Shown one piece after another: positions 12,860 to 25,430 of a stretch of 64,000 bases of DNA. Source of the stretch: Camelus ferus (lineage: Eukaryota); assembly GCF_009834535.1 (NCBI RefSeq), contig NC_045697.1:73534001-73598000 (forward strand), written 5' to 3'. A program made the translations under genes and the position numbers. Under the pieces are notes generated by a model. That model made no database searches, had not been told where the DNA came from, and worked only from the letters and a program-made list of their open reading frames with translations. Numbering within the stretch: the first letter of the stretch is position 1; each line of letters opens with the position of its first letter.

Positions 12860-13440
12860 AGCGGAAAGGAACAAAGACCAGTGCGTTAAAGGGGATTCAG
12901 ACGCAACGTATTTACAGAGTAATTACTGCGGTCTGCAGAAAAGGCTACCGGTATCAGACACAACCCCGAGCCTATTTTTATAAGGAGTCAGATAAGCGCT
13001 TCTTGGGGTGGGGGGAGGGGCTCTACGAGGCACAGAACCTGCGCGGAGGGATGGATGCGTTTGTCAGGGAAACAACGTGGCTGCTTTCCTTCCTGAAACG
13101 CGAGCTGCTCTCCCTCATTAAGTTAACACACTGATCTGGCAGAGCCACATCCTGGAATCCTAAAAACATCAGCTTCCATCTAAACTTTCCGTGTTCTTAT
13201 GTGCTTAATTTGGCTTAGTCAGCGTGATGGCAAGTTTGCAATATTATAAATACGCATATGGCCCGGTATCTGCCACCGTCTGATCCTGACTTATTTGCCT
13301 ATCGGAAAAAGCATAAGCCAGATAGGATGCGCAGCTGGGCAAACCTCCAGGTCTGGAATTCAGATTCAGTCTTGATAGACATCAGATAATGGTGAGTGCT
13401 TATCTAAACTGGTCAGTCCCATAGCGCCTCTGACCCTTTT
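12860..13440 (+). promoter_or_regulatory. Candidate promoter/enhancer in unique DNA
   Basis: About 23 CpGs in ~570 bp (hand count), several GATA motifs, TATAAAT at 13245-13251 and ATG|gtgagt at 13389-13397. Confidence 0.45.
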
Positions 13441-13739
13441 CCAATCACCAGACTAGCTCTTAACCTCTGGAGGGAGGGAGGAATTCCAAAAAACGACCTA
13501 TACAAATCATAATTTTACCATAGTTTGATCTATTATTGTTATGAAATATTTCGACACCCAGATGTCTCATGTGTTAGGGGCGAACCGTTACTTGTTCCTC
13601 TCTGTGAGGACCTATGTGCTAGGTTACGTGCTCCCTGAACACTGAAAGGCCTTACAGTCCAGAAAACAGCCCTCACACAGTCATCTCAGTCCACACATCA
13701 GGTGGAAATTCAGTCTCACAGAAAGCATCCTCTTCCTTC

Positions 13740-15275
13740 TTTCAAATAGATTCAAACCTCATACATCCAGTTAAGACACTGCCCGGTTAAGTATCTCTTC
13801 CCTTCTTCATCAATCTCTTTCCTTTCAACTTATAATTATGCTCAAATATCCCCCCCCCCAAAGTGCCCTCTCTATTTACAACCATATCTCATCCCTTTTA
13901 AGAAAATTCTCTGAGGAAAAAAAAAAAGGCACAAACTCATGGGCTCTGCTTCTTCACAGTCCCCAGCACCCGTCAAATCTCCAGCCTTGGCAGTTTGGCT
14001 TCAAACTGCTTAGGTAAATGTCACTCACGGCCTCCTAATAGCCCAGCCTCACGAGCATTGGGGGGGGGGGGGGTATTCTTGCAGAATTTACACTCTCCTT
14101 CGCACTCTTGCCTTCTTTGGCTTCAGAGACATCAGTGCCTCCTTACTGTCCTTCCAACTGCTCCTTCTCGTTGTTTTTCTTTTCCCCCGTGGGTTCTTCT
14201 TGCTTGATGTACTCCTTCAAGTTGGCCTTTCCAAGATTATCTCATTATTTTTGTTTCTTTTCACTTTATTATTTCCTGGCTTCTTTATCTCATCTAATTA
14301 TCACCCACATTCCAAACCTCCCAAATCTGTATTTGCATTTGTATTTCCATTCCAAACCTTTGCTTGAGTTCTAAAACCTTATATGATCTACAGATATTTT
14401 CTGACTGTCCCTCACATACCCCAAGCTTATTACATGCATAACTGTAATCATGGACCTTCAATCCCTTTGCCTATCAGCCAACCTCCTCCTTCCACTTTAC
14501 CTCCGTTAATAAAAATCATAAATGGAGAGAGATTCTTGGACTTTTCTTTTTCCTTCAGCATCCACATCCAATTGGTTAATAGTTCTGTACATTCTACTTA
14601 AAAAATTTTTTTTAGATTCAGTTTTCAACTCTCAGCTTCATAGTCTTAGTTCCTACTTCAATAATAGTTCACTCAACCTACTGAAATAGCATCCTCACTG
14701 GTGTTTCAGACTCCAGTCATGCTCCTCCCCAATCCATCCATTAGCAAACTTGCTGTAAATCAAATCTGATCACATTACTGTTAAACCGAGCCATTTACTG
14801 TTAGCACCAGAAAAAAGTTCTCTAAATTCTGCTTCCATATTCAATCTCATCCCCGGCCATAATCTCAGGTGCTCCATCCATCCTTTCCTGAGCCTTTTAA
14901 TGTCCTTGAGGACAATATACTCTCTTGTGCTTGATGACCCTGCAAAGGTCCTCCTCTGCTAAAAGACCTTTTCTCCCACTCTATTTACCTGGAAAACCTT
15001 TCCTTATGCTTCAAGGCTCAGTTTAAGCATCACTTGTGGCACAACTTCCTTGATCCTCCCTACTCAGCACCAGTCAAAGTTGGATGTACCTTGAACTACC
15101 ATACCCCCAAAGCACATTGTAAAAGCCTCTACTGCAGCCCAGATCACATGTGGTCTCTACATGGTCTCTCTATTTGATTCTGAGCTCCCTGAGGTCGGGA
15201 ATGATGTCTTATATTTTTTGGCCACCCTTAGTGGAATGACTGGTGCATAATAGATACTCAATATTTGTTCAGTGA
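13740..15275 (+). mobile_element. L2 LINE, long decayed 3' portion
   Basis: Pyrimidine-rich L2 text ('caaatctgatcac', 'ttcaaggctcagtttaagcatcac') ending in 'tgagctccctgagg..gcataatagatactcaatatttgtt'. Confidence 0.8.
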
Positions 15276-15639
15276 AACCCAATCAACAGTTTTGTTAAGT
15301 GTTTCCATGGGAGTGGGATGTTCAATTTCCCATGATACCAATGCTTAGGAAAGAATTTAAGGCAATTTCTTCTGCTATGAAAAGTCGAGAAGAAGATGGG
15401 ACTGGATGACTTTCTCTAAGCTAGCTGGAAAAATTCCCATGAATTTAGAAAAATTTTTAATCTACACTCACCCTCCCCCAAGAAAAGTGCAAAGAATTCA
15501 AGTTTTTTGAGCAAATGCTTACTAATCAACCCCAGAAGGTAGTTTAGAGGTGTCTAGATCTGAATTTTCTTAGAGAAGTTTAATAGTAGCAACACATGTG
15601 GTATATGTAGCATTTTTTTCTAAATGTTTCCATCTTTAT

Positions 15640-15830
15640 CTTGGCATATATTTTCACAAATCTAGCCAGCAGATATGAGAATATACTGAGATTTCATTTA
15701 GCATATGAAGAAACCAAGGACTCAAGATGTTAGGCAATTTTTTCAGAATTAAACAGTGTGTCACCAACTGATCGGTATCCAGTCCCCCAAATCCATGTTT
15801 CATGTTCTGGCAACCTAAATGTATTGTCTT
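15640..15830 (-). mobile_element. MIR fragment
   Basis: 'catttagcatatgaagaaaccaagg.ctca'. Confidence 0.55.
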
Positions 15831-15997
15831 CTCTCTAAAGGGTCTTCCTTTCTCATGTTATTTCTTTTGTTAATGCACAGATTCATTTATTATACAAAGA
15901 TTTAATTAAGAACTGTGATAAAATAGAAGTAATAATCAATTTAGAGTTAAGAGGCCTGACCTTGAGTTCCTCTTGGACACATGAGAATATTCATATG

Positions 15998-16218
15998 CAG
16001 CAGAGCATAAGGAAAAGAGTACTTGGAGTTGCAAGATCTGGGCTTGATCTCAGCCCATTGCTTTCCAGCTAGGTGATCTAAAGCAAGCCACTTCACTTCT
16101 CTGAACCTCAACTGTCTTATCTACAAAATGGGAATAACAATCCTTATGCAGTTTACTACCTGACGCTTGTGAGAAGGAGCACGTGAAACCACTTTGCAAA
16201 GTAGAAATGCTATACAAT
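15998..16218 (+). mobile_element. MIR SINE
   Basis: Core 'gcaagccacttcacttctctgaacctca..tatctacaaaatgggaataa'. Confidence 0.85.
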
Positions 16219-16227
16219 GAGACTGAA

Positions 16228-16468
16228 AACCTTTATTGAGTGCCTGCTGTGTGCAAGGTGATGTATTTTACTGATATGGGCTCCATTTTAATTCTCACAA
16301 TGATTCTATGAACCAGAAACTCTTATTACTCATACTTTATAGATGAGAAATGAAAGGCAAGCAGGAGTTAAGTAACTTTTCCAAAATCACACAAGTAAGA
16401 AACGGAGCTAGGATTGAACCCAGACAGTGAAATGCCCAAGTTCATCTCCAAACCACTGAATTATGCTG
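16228..16468 (-). mobile_element. MIR SINE
   Basis: 'tttattgagtgcctgctgtgtgc..tttatagatgagaaa..ttaagtaacttt.ccaa.atcacaca..ggattgaacccag'. Confidence 0.85.
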
Positions 16469-16971
16469 GCTCTCTGGCTAACACACTGAGTACTTTCATA
16501 TTCAGCATCTCAGGGCATATTAACTTAATTGCTCTTTATGTATATTATCTCACTCATTTCTCTCCATACCCCTGTAAGTTTATTCAGGGGCATAAATAAA
16601 TATAACGAAGGTCCATGCTTGCTCCTCTGGTCTATGTTCAACATAGCAGCCAGAGCTCACCTTCTTTGTTCAAAACCCACTGATGCATCTCATTTCCTTC
16701 AATGTAGAATCCCAAAATCTTTGCTATGTCCTAGAAGGCCCTTATACAGTACAGCCTTTGGCTGATTCTCCTACCACTCCCCTCATTCCTCCCTTCCTGC
16801 CACACTGTCCTCTTTGCTGTTGCTGAAAAAATGCCAGATGTGCCCCTGCTTCAGGGCTGTTGTCTCTGCTGTTTTCTCTGCTTGGCATGTTCTTACCCAG
16901 ATAATCACAGGGCTCATTCCCTCACTTTTGTCTGGTCTCTGCTCAAAAAATGACCTATCAGAGGCTCCTTT

Positions 16972-17037
16972 TTTTAAATTGAAGTATTGTTGATTTGCAA
17001 TGTTGTGTTAGTTTCTGGTGTACAGCATAGTGATTCA

Positions 17038-17107
<70 letters not shown>

Positions 17108-17693
17108 GTTTATTACAAGTTATTGAATATAGTTCCCTGTGCTATACAGTAGGACTTTGTTTATCTATTTTATATATAGTAGTTTTTATCTGCAAATCCC
17201 AAACTTTCAAGTTATCCCTCTCTCTCCTTCCCCCTTTGATAACGTAAGTTTGTTTTCTATATCTGTAAATCTATTTCTGTTCTGTAAATAAGTTCATTTG
17301 TGCCTTTTTTTTTCAGATTCCACATATAAGTGATATCTTTCTGACTTACTTCACTCATCTCTAGGTCCATCAATGTTGCTGCATTATTTCATTCTTTTTT
17401 ATGGCTAAGTAGTATTCCATTTGATATAACACCTTCTCTATCCAGTCATCTGTTGATGGACATTTAGGTTGCTTCCATGTCTTGGCTATTGTATATAGTA
17501 CTGCTATGAACATTGGGGTGTGTGTATCTTTTCGAATTGGAGTTTTCTCTGAATATATGCCCAAGAATGGGATTGCTAGATCATATGGTAAGTCTATTTT
17601 TATTTTTTTAAATAATCTCCAAACTGTTTTCCCTAGTGGCTGCTCCAAACTACATTCCCACCAACAGTGTAGGAGGGTTCTCTTTTCTCCATA
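16972..17693 (-). mobile_element. 5'-truncated cetartiodactyl-type L1 (ORF2 C-terminus plus 3'UTR)
   Basis: Perfect 17-bp TSD ctatcagaggctccttt (16955-16971, 17694-17710). ORF 17370-17648 encodes the L1 ORF2 motif [25 protein letters not shown]. Confidence 0.95.
17039..17104. repeat. (TA)33 microsatellite inside the L1 3'UTR
   Basis: Uninterrupted TA run. Confidence 0.97.
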
Positions 17694-17930
17694 CTATCAG
17701 AGGCTCCTTTGACAGTTCAGTGTAAAATAGGAACTACGATCCCTCCTCAGTCATTCTCAAACTCCTTACCCTGGAGTTTATTTTTCTTTATGGCACCCAT
17801 CATCATTAGCAACCATTTATGGAACTATATATATAATATATATGTATGTGTTATATATATGTATATATTTATTATCTGTTTCTCTCCTACCATATACACA
17901 TAAACTCACATAAAATCTCCCTGACCACAT

Positions 17931-17949
17931 GCACACACAAGCGCGCACG

Positions 17950-17985
<36 letters not shown>
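17931..17985. repeat. Compound (CG)n(CA)n microsatellite
   Basis: gcgcgcacgcgcgcgcgc followed by (ac)n. Confidence 0.95.
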
Positions 17986-17987
<2 letters not shown>

Positions 17988-18984
17988 TACTAACTACTTA
18001 CCAAAAGTTCAGGTTTCATTTTCTGCTGTTACCCCCCAGTATCTAGAGCAGGGCCTGACATGTAGCAAAAGCCTCAAAACCAACAGGTTTTATAAATAAG
18101 TGTAAATAAATGATTCTGTGCCCTCGCAGAGTTTAAAATCTGGTAAAAGGGCCACAGAGTCGAGTTAAAGATTGCTCGGAAACAGCTAATAGTGACAGGA
18201 AAACCGTGAATATTGTTTACCCCATTCCATTAGAACATTTTAGAGCCCCATAGTCCTCTGTTATTAAATTAGGTTGAGTAAATATTACCGAATAAATATA
18301 TAAATATAGTTCTCTCCCACAGAAGTGCCTACCTTTTGCTTACAGCCATATAATGGTTTACTTTACTGTCAGTGGTAAATAAGGGTTTAAAATTCACCTA
18401 ATTCAAGCCAAATGTGGACCATGAAGTAGCACTGAGGCATATGCAAAAGGATTTTTTTCATTTTTGATTTATTTGATGAGGTTTTTCATTTGTTTGTTAA
18501 ATTAGAAGTTACAGTGCAGTCATGTTACCAAAATCCCTTATGCATCATTTTTAATCCAGAGAAGGGAGGTCCTAATTGACCTCTGATTGTTCCCTTCCTT
18601 TCTCTCTGATACCATTTATCTGCCTGGCTCTTCTGTAGTGCCATGTGGCAAGTGAGGTGGGAAAGGAGGTGCCTCAATGAGAAAATGCTACCAGAGCAAA
18701 GCAAGGGTGGAGGGAGGGGAAACCTCATGAGAGGAAGTGTGTACAGAAGTTTCAGAAGGACTGTGAATAGGCAAGAGGTAGAGATGCTAAGTTCTGTTAC
18801 GGTCCTGGTTAAAAATTTACAGTCTCCACTGTATTTGACAACCCTGAAACGAAATATGGTGGTGTCATCACCATTTCATGGAAGAATTGCTCAGAAACCA
18901 GGGAACTGGAACATAAATCTCCACCGTTCCCTGGTTAGGTCATGTACCTCAATTTCTTTCCTTTCTACAAGGCATTAGGAATCA

Positions 18985-19175
18985 GTGGGGAAAGCATGGG
19001 CTTTGGAATCAGACAAAATTGGTTTTATATTCTGGATCTGCTACATATTAGCTGTATGATTTCAAATGTCAGCTAACCCTCCGGAGCCTGTTCCCACCCA
19101 CCTAAAATTGCATTTGTAATACCTGCTCACTAGGACTTTGGTGAAAATTCAATTACATTGCTATGTAGTAGTGCA
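18985..19175 (+). mobile_element. MIR SINE
   Basis: 'gtgggGaaagcatgggctttggaatcagaca..tagctgtatga..taaaat..taatacct'. Confidence 0.75.
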
Positions 19176-20574
19176 TCCAAGTGGTCTTGGGGTATGAAAG
19201 TGTACAACTTCCACTCCTTGTCTTAATAGAAACAAATTAAAAAATCTTTCAGCTAGTTGTTAATAAAGCATCCATTGATAAAAATCTCATTTTATCATCT
19301 GCTTTTTGAAATGAAGATTTCAAATGTTTCTCCAGAAATGTCCAGGGATTTGGGAGTTCAAGGTCTCTAATAAAAGGGCTTATGGGCCAAATAATGTTAG
19401 GGATTAAGGAAAACTCCTGCATTTACCTTCTACACGTCGAGTAAGGCATTTAAGATCCAGTGGACGATGGATGTCCTTGCAGCATCCATCCCTTACATTT
19501 GGTCAGAAAAGAAGAGCTGCTCAAATCTTTAGCTTGTAGGAGGAGAAATAAGATAAAATGCAAGAAGAACTTTGGTATAAAGAGGAGCCGAAAACACGAT
19601 TTGCCCCTAGGGAACATCAGCTCTTCCCTGTCTGACTTTCTTTTCACTCACACACACAAAAAATACTGAGAAATTTCAAAGTCACTGGGTTAAAAGAAAA
19701 CTTTAAAACAGCCAAGGTACCTACAAAGCAATCCCTATTCGGCCCTGAGTTATGTAGAGAGCAGCTTGGATCTTCACATATCTAATACAGTGTCAGAGCC
19801 CAGCCAGTCCCCGGATTGTCATGAATCTTATATGAAGGCTAAGTGTGGCTTCAGTCCACTGCCACTTGGGGGTAGGAGTTGGAACCCCAAATTTAGCCCT
19901 ATGTCTTGATCGTGTCTCAGGGGGGTGGGAGCACTTGAATGAGCTCCTCTGATTGTCCAGGTTGATATTCCCAGATTTCAGCAGTGAAATCAGTACCAGC
20001 AGCTAGCAAAAACAGAGACTGAGTCTAAGAGGAAAAAATACAATGGACGTAACTATGCGAGCAAAGAGAACAACAACAAACTCTGAAGCTGCATGAAATA
20101 GTCTCTTAAAAATTATGCCAAGGTCCTTTTGGAAGGGAAATAAAGCGAAGTATTGGTAACATGTTTCATTTCTTTTTGGTTGAATTTTTTTAATTTAAAA
20201 TATGTTGGAAGAGGCCAAAATAAAGTTGGAGCCTGATTTTAAAGAAATTCATGTATTTTAAATTTTCTATTTTAAGTATTTATTTCTCCACATTGCCTAC
20301 CTGCTGCAATTTAAGGGCTGATTTGTGAAAATCACAGAACTCTGCAAGTCCTCAAAGCACTGATGATATCACGGAGGTGTCTTAAGAATGCATCCAGCAG
20401 GATGAATGCTAATATACCCTGCAAGATTTTTTTTTAAAGCATAGTGGCTTTCTATATATCAAGGGTCTCTGAGCAATTTCTAACTTCATAAAGAACAAAA
20501 TGACGACTAGAGGGCACATTAGGCAAGTATAAGACATTGCAATAATTATAACAATATTTTACAATTATATATTA

Positions 20575-20780
20575 TTAGTTCATTTGAATTTTTTTTACAC
20601 ACAGTAACTTTTGTTGTTTCTGTATAACCACCACCTGTGGAGTGAAACTCTCTTTTACACAGATGAGGACAGGCTCAAAGAACTGAAGGTTCTTCACCAA
20701 GCAACATGGTTAGAAAAAGTGAACCCAGAACCAGAAGTCAACTCCTCTTGGCTCTGGGAGTAGTGGTCTAAACCAATAGC
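20575..20780 (-). mobile_element. MIR fragment
   Basis: Core 'ttttacacagatgaggacaggctca'. Confidence 0.6.
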
Positions 20781-21959
20781 CAATGAAGGCAGGCCTAATA
20801 CCCAACCTGTAGTATTTGAAAGATTTTTTTTTTTTAAGTTATTGTGTTTCAGGCCTGTGGATTTCTTATCCAAGCATTTTATTTCTTGCTTTCCACTATA
20901 AAAGCTTTCAAGAATAGTTTTATAATTCAGGGAGAAAAGTAAAAATGTTTGCTGGAAGGGAATTTGATAAGACTTTTTAAAAAATCACTATGTCAATATC
21001 TTATAGCTGGTGATATTTGTAGTTTTATTAGACTCTCATTTAAAATAACTTAATTATTTTAGGCAACATATACATATATCTTTTTATTGCCTAAAATATA
21101 TATTTAGTATATTTTGAAATATATGTATTTAGTATACATATTTATTAAAATATATATTCAGTATATTTCCACATAGAAGGTGGTAAGTTTCTCTTTTTTA
21201 AAAGTTATCTTTGAGTCCAGAATGAAAAGATCTACAACTTTTCCCAAGGTCATTTCTTATGCTAGAAAGGACCTTAATTTTTTTTTTCATTTTGTTCCAA
21301 ATAAACAGAATACTAAAATCCAAGAAATTTCATTTTTCAGTTTGTTTGCCCCATTTGGAGAAGGGGCATCTACTTATCTTGTAGTCAGGTGCTTTAGAAA
21401 TTGAAATGATAAGCATGCAGTCTCTTTTTCAGAATTTATAAATTTCCTTCATATCTCACAGAAGCCTACTCATATGCAGAAAAACAAAATCAGATGTTAT
21501 CTAGCCAGAAAACCAAATATTCCATGAAGAATTAAGAAAATGTGCAGTCTGCAAGATCCAGGCCTATCATTCTGTTTCCCTTTTAACTTTTTGGTAACTA
21601 GGAAACAGGGGGGAGACCATACAGCTGACCTCCGTCGCTTGAAACCAGGATCTACACAAAGTGATTTGCATATGTGTTAACCTCCCTTCCCTGATTTCTT
21701 CTGTGTAAGAGATTAGAGAGGTCCAGGGTGGCAAGTCTGAGCTCCAGGGCTGTTATCAAGAAGGAAAACTCTACTGAGAAATGAAGAAGAAGGAAAAAAA
21801 TCGCTAGAAAGCTATATGAGGTTCTATTTCAAAATACTGTACTTGATAATTATAAGAACGCAAAATAAGGAGTCCGTCAAAGTGCCACTCAAGATCTTTT
21901 CAATACATACTACATTAACTGTCTTGAAATTAGTGAACATCCCAGGTCTTTATCCACTC

Positions 21960-22930
21960 TTGAAATGCCCATTATGAATCAAGCTCTCTGCCGGGTGCTG
22001 ACAACACAAATATAAAGATGGTTCATCATCTTTCCTCAAGAAGCTTACAGTGCATATGCAACATTGTGAGATAAGTGCTGTGCTAGAGACTGGATGGAGG
22101 AAGGACTTTTAATCCAGCCTCAGGAGAGAGGGAAGATTTATAATTGGATTATTAGCGCCATATAAACTCAGACCATGTCTCCACAACTTCCACACCCTCA
22201 GTACCAACCACTGTACATACCCCTAACAGGTTCTCAGTGAATTGATGACAAGCTCTGCTGAGTCTTAGAGAATGAGCAAGATTTACACAGGTTACGAGAA
22301 GAGCAATCGCTTTTCCAGCATGTCCAAGAGTAGAGGCTGCAGGCGAAAGGAAGTTCTAAGAATTGTAAGGCAAGTTTTAGATATGGCTGAAAAATGAAGT
22401 GCTGGTGGAAGATCACGAGCCATGAAGCTAGGCAGATACGTAGGAGCACATCTTGAAGATCTGTGTAGGCCATGTTAAGAAATATAAATGTTTTAGTGAA
22501 ACATCAGAGTTCTTACTTTAAGAGGTTGAATAAACAATATTCAGAGTACAGTGGAAGCCTAGGTTACCGCCGTGAGAGCACAGAGGAGAGGCAATGTAAT
22601 CCAAGTTGGCTGTCCAAAAGGCCTTGCCAAAAATGTGATACTTGAGCTTTGAATGAGCAATCATATTATAAGGGGAAAAATGCATATCTAAAGATGTAGA
22701 GGTGTAAACAGTAGACGTAGATGGTGTTTAAACTACCCAATATACCTAGAGTCATGAAAGGGTGATGAAATCAGAGGAATGAAAGTGACCGGACCATGAT
22801 GGTTTCTATATGCTAAACTAAGCTGTTGAACTTAACCCTGAAAGGAATGGAGAACCATCAGAAGACTTTAAGCAAGAGAATTACGTGGGCAGATTTTCAT
22901 TTTTACTAAAATCTGTATACCATGCGGCTA
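21960..22930 (-). mobile_element. L2 fragments
   Basis: 'cctcaagaagcttacagt..gataagtgctgtg', 'gtaggccatgttaag', 'ggagaaccatcagaagactttaagcaag'. Confidence 0.65.
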
Positions 22931-22949
22931 AAAAGCAAGAAAACCAGTG

Positions 22950-23330
22950 AAAATGGTTCTCAAAGGGAGATTACAATTTGGAAATTTTAAGAAGTTTTTG
23001 TCACAATAATTAGGAGGTATTATGAGCATTTAGAAGACAAAAGGCCAGAGATGCTGGAGATCCTGCAATGGCTGCAGCCCTGAATAAGGAAGACTGTTCC
23101 TGCACCCAACCCTACTTCCTCATCTCCCACTGGATGTTCAAGCAGGTGAGCAACCTTTTCCTGATCATCTGATTTAGACTCGAACACCACTTAACATATT
23201 AAAACAAAGTGTTTTCACTGTTTTAATTTATAGTGAATTTTGCATGAATACATGTACCATATAAATTGAGGTAAAATTGTATTTTGTTTTCTTTGGGACT
23301 TTATCAAGAGTTCTTCATTTCAGAGGGGGA
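22950..23330 (+). mobile_element. hAT-Charlie DNA transposon (Charlie4/MER20B-like)
   Basis: 'tggttctcaa..gtcacaat..gcatttag..ccagagatgct..tcctgcaatg..aaattgaggtaaaattgtattttgtttt..gactttatcaagagtt'. Confidence 0.75.
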
Positions 23331-23759
23331 AAAAAAAACACTGCCTTGGAACACTTTGGAGAACTGCTACACTGGATGATGTCTAAGGTCTCCTCTAAGC
23401 CTAATGTTCCCTGACCCTATGAGGACTATGGCCATGGGAGTGAGAGGCTTCTATCCATTTCCTGACTGGGACCACCATCCTGACCTTGGCTTCAACACGA
23501 GTGACCACATGAGTCACATGTGTATTAGTGACCACACAGTGTACACTCTAGCAACTGACAAAATAAGCACATTGCTGTTACATACACAGAGTACCACCTT
23601 CAGTATTCACACACATCTATAAAAAGGTAAATGGTTGAAAAAGACTCAGAACGTGTCATGTACATCATAGCAGGTGTATAAGAAATAAAGTTTTGCCCAA
23701 CTGCACTAAAATGTACTCCATGACAAGAGCAGTGCATTTTCTCCATGGCTGTCAGAGAT

Positions 23760-23900
23760 TTCATGGATCCTGAGAAATCCAGCCATTTTTAGAAATCCCA
23801 TGAAATTTACCTTTTCACTCGAATCCACATGAAATCAAAATTTTTCCCTACGAGTCCGCATAAAATTGGCACATTTCCTCAGAAGACCCCATGAAATTAT
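23760..23900. repeat. Degenerate ~30-bp tandem repeat
   Basis: The core cat(g/a)aaat recurs at 23799, 23828, 23859 and 23890. Confidence 0.7.
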
Positions 23901-25249
23901 AAAGAATATTGCAGATTCTTTGCTCCTGGCCCTAGTGGCACATCTTAAAGAGACAGGTTAGATTACAGAATTAGTTCATTTTTCCGATAAAAAGATGAAG
24001 GTGCCCCCAAGTTTTCCCTTAAATAATCATTGTTACTCATTTTCCAATTGCTCTTTAAAAAGAGAATTTATCTGAACTTTGATGGAGTAAACATTTCTGG
24101 AAAATCACCCAAAGTTAGGAAGTTATGAATAATAGGACTAACCCAGTTGTTTCCACAGTCACAAACTAGGTAATACTCAAATCACAATAAAACTTCCCCC
24201 AGAGCAAAAAGTCTCATCTCATTTTAACATATGAATTTGCAATGGCAAACGATGCCTTTTATGAAATTCTACTTCATAGGATGTTGTGAGAATCAAATGA
24301 GATCATGAACGTGCAAGTACCGAAGGTAATATGCTTTAGAAACAGAACAGTAGTGTGGGATAGCTTCAGATTTAATGAGAAGACAATTGATTATTATAAT
24401 AAATGAAAATAGACATTTCTGCTAAAAGTAGCACAGGTATTCCAATTAATACAAAACAAATACTCAGCCTTTTCTCTTCACAAAGGAAAACTGAACATGA
24501 GAAAAATTAAAAGGGTATCGTGGCAACACAAAGCAAAATTGCAACAGAAAGACGGCTTTAAATTATGACTGCTTATTCCTCATGAAAATAAAAAGAACAC
24601 ACATATTTCATATTCCTGGAGTAGTCTTAAATCTCACCCTCCTGGTTTTACCTAGATCCTGATTCCCTCGGGTTGTTAAGCAAAACAAGCTCTCAGTTCA
24701 AGTCGGTAAGGCCATGCTTAAAATGCCATTTCCTGAACGTGAGCCAGTATTCCACTCAAAGGAGGAAGTTCGGCTGCAGACGTATTCTTCTGAGTGGTAA
24801 TTGACCTAACAGAAATTCTGAGCTGCCCTCACACTTCCATTTTGAATCACGTGAATATTTAATTTTTTATTAGATTCATCATCCACAATCACAAGTCCAG
24901 AAAGATGCCAGAGATGACCACAAAAAATCAGTATAATAGAGTGAATCTAAGACGTCAGTTAGGACTTTTGGCTGTATATATAACTACCCCACAAAACAGA
25001 CAGCTGCTACTGCAGAGAGGAAAAAGTAATTTAACTTGTTCTGATATTTGGAATTCTGATTTTGATCCAGATGGGAGAGATTGTGCCGTCCTGGTAAAAA
25101 CGTCAGTGTGGAAAGAAAAGTGCTCCTCCCGGGTCTCTGCCGATGTTGATTGGATTCCCCTTTAGGTTAATCAATCTGCAGCTGAATTAACTTTCTTTCT
25201 GTTGTGATGATAACCTTTTAGGCTTTCTGCCAACACACAGCAGACGGAA

Positions 25250-25430
25250 TATGGGGTTGAAAAGCAGAGGAACAGGGTTCTAATCCTAACTGTGCTATTA
25301 AATAGTTATGTGACCTCAGGTGCCTCTGTTAACCTCTTTGAGCTTCATTTTCCTTATCTGTAAAATGGGGACAGTAATCCCTCGTCGGACAACTTCTCAG
25401 AGTTTTAGTGAGGCTCATAGCACATCTTCA
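25250..25430 (+). mobile_element. MIR SINE
   Basis: 'gggttctaatcct..tgtgacctcagg..ttaacctct.tgagcttcattttccttatctgtaaaatgggga'. Confidence 0.85.

Larger units (their letters stand above)
16600..18112 (+). mobile_element. L2 3' portion interrupted by an L1
   Basis: L2a-like text 'caacatagcagccagag..cagggc..ctctgcttgg..ctcattccctcactt' resumes after 17710 and ends 'cccagtatctagagcagggcctgacatgtag..taaataaatga'. Confidence 0.8.

Noticed and set aside
15998..16468. Tail-to-tail MIR pair as a hairpin or miRNA precursor
   Set aside because: The copies are too diverged for an evident long stem, and there is no evidence of transcription.
17370..17648. ORFs with conserved-looking protein (also 59844-60086 and 60204-60407)
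   Set aside because: These are L1 ORF2 C-terminal remnants in 5'-truncated copies, not host genes.
21090..21170. AT-rich ~27-bp tandem units
   Set aside because: Ordinary low-complexity slippage.
23760..23900. CRISPR-like array
   Set aside because: Mammalian DNA, degenerate contiguous units without spacers, and no cas genes.
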